Shown here: positions 8,568 to 12,389 of the stretch, one piece after another
Position numbering within the stretch: the first letter of the stretch is position 1
Layout of the letters: each line of letters opens with the position of its first letter
Assembly: GCF_000143415.4 (NCBI RefSeq)
Contig: NW_003314401.1
Span: 318,946-331,334, forward strand
Source: Selaginella moellendorffii
Taxonomy: Eukaryota > Plantae > Lycopodiophyta
DNA: 12,389 nt
Reading direction: 5' to 3'
Notes under the pieces: generated by a model
What the model was told of the DNA's origin: nothing
Database searches by the model: none
Seen by the model: only the letters and a program-made list of their open reading frames with translations
Program-made: the position numbers and the translations under genes

Positions 8568-8933
8568 GGGAATATTCTGAGAATATTCCGTCGTTGACCG
8601 TTGACCCCGCGTTGACCGTGTGTGGACTGGGATGGTGGAGGGCCTGAGGTCACTCATACATACCCGAAGTCCAGCGGTGGTGCAGGGGAGAGCCATCCCG
8701 CGAGCTGTCGGCGTGCATCGCCGATGTCGAAGGAGCGGTACCGTTTTAACGGAATACACGCTTTTCAACGAATCGTGTGTGGAGTTCAGAGTTGAAACTC
8801 ACATATTCACGATCGGAAGGAAGAGCGGAATCCAACGGTATATGCCGTTTTGACTCGGTCAACAGGGATACAGTCGGAATATTGGGGAATATTCCGTTCT
8901 GACCGTTGACTCCGCGTTGACCGGGCGTTGACT
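8568..8933. repeat. Duplicated GAATATTC / GTTGAC motif block in PLE 3' UTR (8568-8620 and 8876-8933; also in other copies)
   Basis: Each block has two GAATATT(C) motifs followed by 3-4 (T)TGAC(C/T) motifs. Confidence 0.7.
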
Positions 8934-9266
8934 CGAAAGGGGGGTGGCCTGGAGTGACTTTGGACATACCTGAAGTCCATCGGCCAGACCCTGGGAGTCA
9001 TCGGGTACGCGGAGAAAGATGCAAACATATGCTTCCGTGTCTTGCAAAGTGTGGTACAAGACGTGGCTAAGCTCGCGGAGGGAGCTTGGCCCTGACCAGG
9101 AACGAACCAAGGTTCGGGGAGCGTCTCCAGCACGTAATCACTCGGGGGAGTGTGTCTGCGGGAGCTTCATCCATCACCTGTTTAGGGTTTAGGATGTCCC
9201 CCAAGCCTAGCTGTGCACTGTGGAGTGTGTAAGGCAGCTTGAAGGCGAGGGGGGCCCGTCGACAGG

Positions 9267-9424
9267 GTTTAGGGTTTAGGGTTTAGGGTTTAGGGTTTAG
9301 GTTTAGGGTTTAGGGTTTAGGGTTTAGGGTTTAGGGTTTAGGGTTTAGGGTTTAGGGTTTAGGGTTTAGGGTTTAGGGTTTAGGGTTTAGGGTTTAGGAT
9401 TTAGGCGCGTTTAGGCGTTTAGGG
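9267..9424 (+). repeat. Telomeric (TTTAGGG)n tract 3
   Basis: Direct reading; same variant ending as tract 2. Confidence 0.98.
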
Positions 9425-9584
9425 TCAAAGACACCCCGCAGTGCTGCAATCCGGCGAGATCGCGGCACCACTTTGTGCAATCCACATTCTCCGTGTGCCG
9501 TTGTCGAAACGGCGTGATCGAGAGCAAGTAGAGGATGCGAGGGAATGAATTTTCATTCATTCGTGAGCGAGGGAGAGGACAAGA

Positions 9585-9637
9585 GACAACCCGAGACCGG
9601 TTTCGTCCTTTTTGGGACTCATCAGCCGGGTGTAGTC
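9585..9637 (-). ncRNA. Minimal type-I hammerhead ribozyme (PLE copy 4)
   Basis: Minus strand: ACCCGG CUGAUGA GUCC-CAAAAA-GGAC GAAA CCG GUC^ UCGGGU; complete core, stems I and II, palindromic ACCGGU stem III. Confidence 0.9.
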
Positions 9638-10476
9638 GTCTAGTGTCTACCCTAACCCTAGCTCGGTGCCGACTCTACTTATATTTTGGCTCTGTCACGT
9701 GGCGCGAGTCCGTGTGGCGGCCATGCGAAGTGGCGTGGCAGCGTTGGCTCGCGAGGTTGCGAACGTAGCACAGCTGGTGTTGGTTACTCCACAGCAGTGG
9801 TAGTCGCGGAGAATGACTTCGGCGGATCGCCGAAGACAGTAAGCGTTCGGCCGGCGGGTGACGTACCTTTGACGCAAGATAACTTGTAAACGCAGCATGA
9901 TATGATGCATGCGTTACGTCCACAATGCTTGTGTCACTCGTACGTACCCGGCGACGAAAAACGTGGTCCACTTTGCAGGGAATATTCTGAGAATATTCCG
10001 TCGTTGACCGTTGACCCCGCGTTGACCGTGTGTGGACTGGGATGGTGGAGGGCCTGAGGTCACTCATACATACCCGAAGTCCAGCGGTGGTGCAGGGGAG
10101 AGCCATCCCGCGAGCTGTCGGCGTGCATCGCCGATGTCGAAGGAGCGGTACCGTTTTAACGGAATACACGCTTTTCAACGAATCGTGTGTGGAGTTCAGA
10201 GTTGAAACTCACATATTCACGATCGGAAGGAAGAGCGGAATCCAACGGTATATGCCGTTTTGACTCGGTCAACAGGGATACAGTCGGAATATTGGGGAAT
10301 ATTCCGTTCTGACCGTTGACTCCGCGTTGACCGGGCGTTGACTCGAAAGGGGGGTGGCCTGGAGTGACTTTGGACATACCTGAAGTCCATCGGCCAGACC
10401 CTGGGAGTCATCGGGTACGCGGAGAAAGATGCAAACATATGCTTCCGTGTCTTGCAAAGTGTGGTACAAGACGTGG

Positions 10477-12372
10477 CTAAGCTCGCGGAGGGAGCTTGGC
10501 CCTGACCAGGAACGAACCAAGGTTCGGGGAGCGTCTCCAGCACGTAATCACTCGGGGGAGTGTGTCTGCGGGAGCTTCATCCATCACCTGTTTAGGGTTT
10601 AGGATGTCCCCCAAGCCTAGCTGTGCACTGTGGAGTGTGTAAGGCAGCTTGAAGGCGAGGGGGGCCCGTCGACAGGCGTCGCTAGAGCGGCGCGAGCGTG
10701 CAAGGAGAGCTTGATGTCGCTGGTCGTAGGAGATGCCGGAGAAGCAGTGATGGAGGAAGGAGGTCGGGTATCCCCGGGCACGGAGGCGGTGGTAGAACCG
10801 CGTGCGCATGGCGTGGAATCCATCGGCTGTGCTCTCGCGGAGGAGGTATCTGCGGAGCTCGCTGCGGATGAATGCCACCTTCTGGTGCCGTGGGTGAACC
10901 GACGTCCAGGGGAGGTACTGGTAGGCATTGAGGGGCTTCTGGAACGTGGACGAGTCGAGGCAGCCTGTCTCTTCAAAGCGAGGGCCTTTGAAGAAGTGGA
11001 TATCGAGGATATCCAGCTCTTCGAGCGAGATCACCGAGGTGATCTTGATCGAAGGACACAGCGTGCCGTATCCTCGGAGCCATCGTTCGAGGCCTGCTCG
11101 TGTACCTGTCCAAATGCCCACTCCGTCATCTATGTACCTTCGTAGATAGAAGGGCCAGTCGTTGGTGGCGTGCTTGTACTCGGCTTCAAGAGAGCAGAGG
11201 AAGAGGCAAGCGTAGACCACCGCGAAGTTGGAGCCCATCGCTGTGCCGCGGATCTGCTGGTAGATGTTACCGTCAAACTCCACGTAGTTGTGCTCCAGGA
11301 CGAGGGCAGCCGCAGCCATGAGGAATCGCGAGCGTGTGGTGTTGCCGTACTCGGCAAACACAAAGTCGCGGAGGCGTTGGAGACCCTCTCGTGTGGGGAT
11401 GCTTGGGTAGAGGCTCTCTACGTCGAACGTGAAGAGCCAGCAGTCCCGTGGGAGCTGTAGGTGGAGGAGGTCCTGCAGCAGCGTGAGCGAATCAGCAAGA
11501 AACGTTGGCTGCTTCAGCAGGATGTCGTAGAGCTGGCGGTGAAGCCACCGCGCGAGGGGCTCCCACAAAGTGCCGATATAGCTCGCAATTGGCCGGCCCT
11601 TTATTGGCTGCTTGTGTATTTTCGGAAGAAAATACAGCATGCAAGCCTGCCGGGGTACGGCGGGCTGGTGCAGCAGGAACTGCTGCGTGGAGTTGTCGAG
11701 CCAGGAGCAGCTGCGGTACTTTGTGATGAGCTCGGCGAGGCGTTCCTGGAGGGCCTTGGATGGCACGGAGGGGACCTTCACATAAACGAGTGGGTCGTTC
11801 AGTTGGCGCAGAGCCTCCCTCGTGTACCAATCGCGATCCAGAATCACCGCTCCAAGGTTTTTATCCGCGGGCTTGATGACGATGGAGGTGTCTGTCGCGA
11901 GAGAGTGGAGGGCACGCTTCTTCCAACCGTGAGCGAAGGAGCGAGGCTTGTGTGCTCCTTCAAGCCTGTGGAGCAGGCTGCCCTGCACGTGTGCAAGGCG
12001 CCATTCCACATGCGCTGGTGCTGGAGGCGGCTCGAAGCTCGGGTTCGGTACTCGAAACTCCGGCAGGGCCGAGTCGTCGTCCTTGAAGAGGTGACGGAGT
12101 CGGACGGCTCGGCAGAGGGCGTCAGAGCTTTCCACAATCTGTGGGGCTCTGAGCGGTGCCGGGTTTGGGATGTACCTCAGGCCGAGGGAGAGGAGGCGGA
12201 TCTCGGCAGCCGAAAGAGCCCTGCTCGAGAGGTTGTGTACGGCTCCGGTCTCCACTCGATTCTCGAACTTCGAGACTGGCCGTTGTCCTGCAGTGTCGAG
12301 GATGGCCTTAGACGGACTGGTCAGTGGTGACCAGTAGTCTTGAGGATTCCCCTCACGGGGACCGAGTTCACA
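10477..12372 (-). CDS. Penelope-like reverse transcriptase without GIY-YIG endonuclease (frame open 12372-10477; track start at 12255 is GTG)
   Basis: Motifs IKPADKNLGAVILDR, YFLPKIHK..GRPI, LFTFDVESLYPSIP, YQQIRGTAMGS, RYIDD, LDI, KPLNAYQYL..SVHP, and C-terminal PNLGSFLV followed almost at once by a stop, with no GIY-YIG domain. Manual translation shows no stop until TAA at 12373-12375. Confidence 0.93.
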   Translation of the reverse strand, partial: CELGPREGNPQDYWSPLTSPSKAILDTAGQRPVSKFENRVETGAVHNLSSRALSAAEIRLLSLGLRYIPNPAPLRAPQIVESSDALCRAVRLRHLFKDDDSALPEFRVPNPSFEPPPAPAHVEWRLAHVQGSLLHRLEGAHKPRSFAHGWKKRALHSLATDTSIVIKPADKNLGAVILDRDWYTREALRQLNDPLVYVKVPSVPSKALQERLAELITKYRSCSWLDNSTQQFLLHQPAVPRQACMLYFLPKIHKQPIKGRPIASYIGTLWEPLARWLHRQLYDILLKQPTFLADSLTLLQDLLHLQLPRDCWLFTFDVESLYPSIPTREGLQRLRDFVFAEYGNTTRSRFLMAAAALVLEHNYVEFDGNIYQQIRGTAMGSNFAVVYACLFLCSLEAEYKHATNDWPFYLRRYIDDGVGIWTGTRAGLERWLRGYGTLCPSIKITSVISLEELDILDIHFFKGPRFEETGCLDSSTFQKPLNAYQYLPWTSVHPRHQKVAFIRSELRRYLLRESTADGFHAMRTRFYHRLRARGYPTSFLHHCFSGISYDQRHQALLARSRRSSDACRRAPLAFKLPYTLHSAQLGLGDILNPKQVMDEAPADTLPRVITCWRRSPNLGSFLVRAKLPPRA

Positions 12373-12389
12373 TTAGTCCAGCCTCCGGG

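Larger units (their letters stand above)
8015..9266 (-). mobile_element. PLE copy 3, 5'-truncated (3' UTR plus last ~200 nt of RT, 9067-9266)
   Basis: Appears identical to 9425-10676 (offset 1410; identical ORF-track translations); breaks at GACAGG into telomeric repeats. Confidence 0.93.
9425..12389 (-). mobile_element. Endonuclease-deficient Penelope-like retroelement, copy 4 (longest; 5' end runs off the window)
   Basis: PLE-type RT ORF followed by a ~1050 nt 3' UTR with a hammerhead, ending in the telomeric tract at 9424; the same 3' sequence recurs at 8015, 3901 and 1409. Confidence 0.93.

Noticed and set aside
8265-8768. 167-aa ORF repeated in the PLE 3' UTR (also 9675-10178, 2188-2646, 4151-4543)
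   Set aside because: Recurs only because the DNA is repeated; no domain signature, and copies are too similar to show coding constraint.
8015-10676. LTR retrotransposon long terminal repeats
   Set aside because: The repeats include RT coding sequence, are separated by telomeric DNA, and lack TG..CA ends, PBS and integrase.
10477-12255. Telomerase (TERT), group II intron or retron RT
   Set aside because: Motifs (ADK, LPKIHK, GTAMG, YIDD, HP) are PLE-type; the element is multicopy and truncated; no TERT T motif or bacterial context.
11461-12330. 289-aa plus-strand ORF (and 171-aa ORFs at 10630-11145 and 3107-3622)
   Set aside because: Antisense shadows of the GC-rich RT frame; no recognisable motifs.
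12330-12385. Possible second ribozyme (twister or hammerhead) upstream of RT
   Set aside because: Hairpins are present, but I could not match a conserved catalytic core.

Overview
Eukaryotic subtelomeric retroelement array with Arabidopsis-type (TTTAGGG)n repeats. The telomere lies to the right, with the G-rich strand on +. There are four head-to-tail copies (minus strand) of an endonuclease-deficient Penelope-like element (PLE; Coprina/Athena-type). Each carries a minimal type-I hammerhead ribozyme in its ~1 kb 3' UTR; three begin at a fixed variant-telomere tail, and copies are separated by telomeric tracts that cap 5'-truncated ends. Interleaved is a second system: a poly(A)-less L1-clade LINE (two subfamilies) plus a putative non-autonomous partner. 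These share a covarying 3' stem-loop tail and are always followed by PLE-derived sequence starting (G/T)CGA, suggesting a LINE family that targets the telomeric PLE. Telomere-associated endonuclease-less PLEs are known from the lycophyte Selaginella, a plausible but unverified host. No ordinary host genes are evident.
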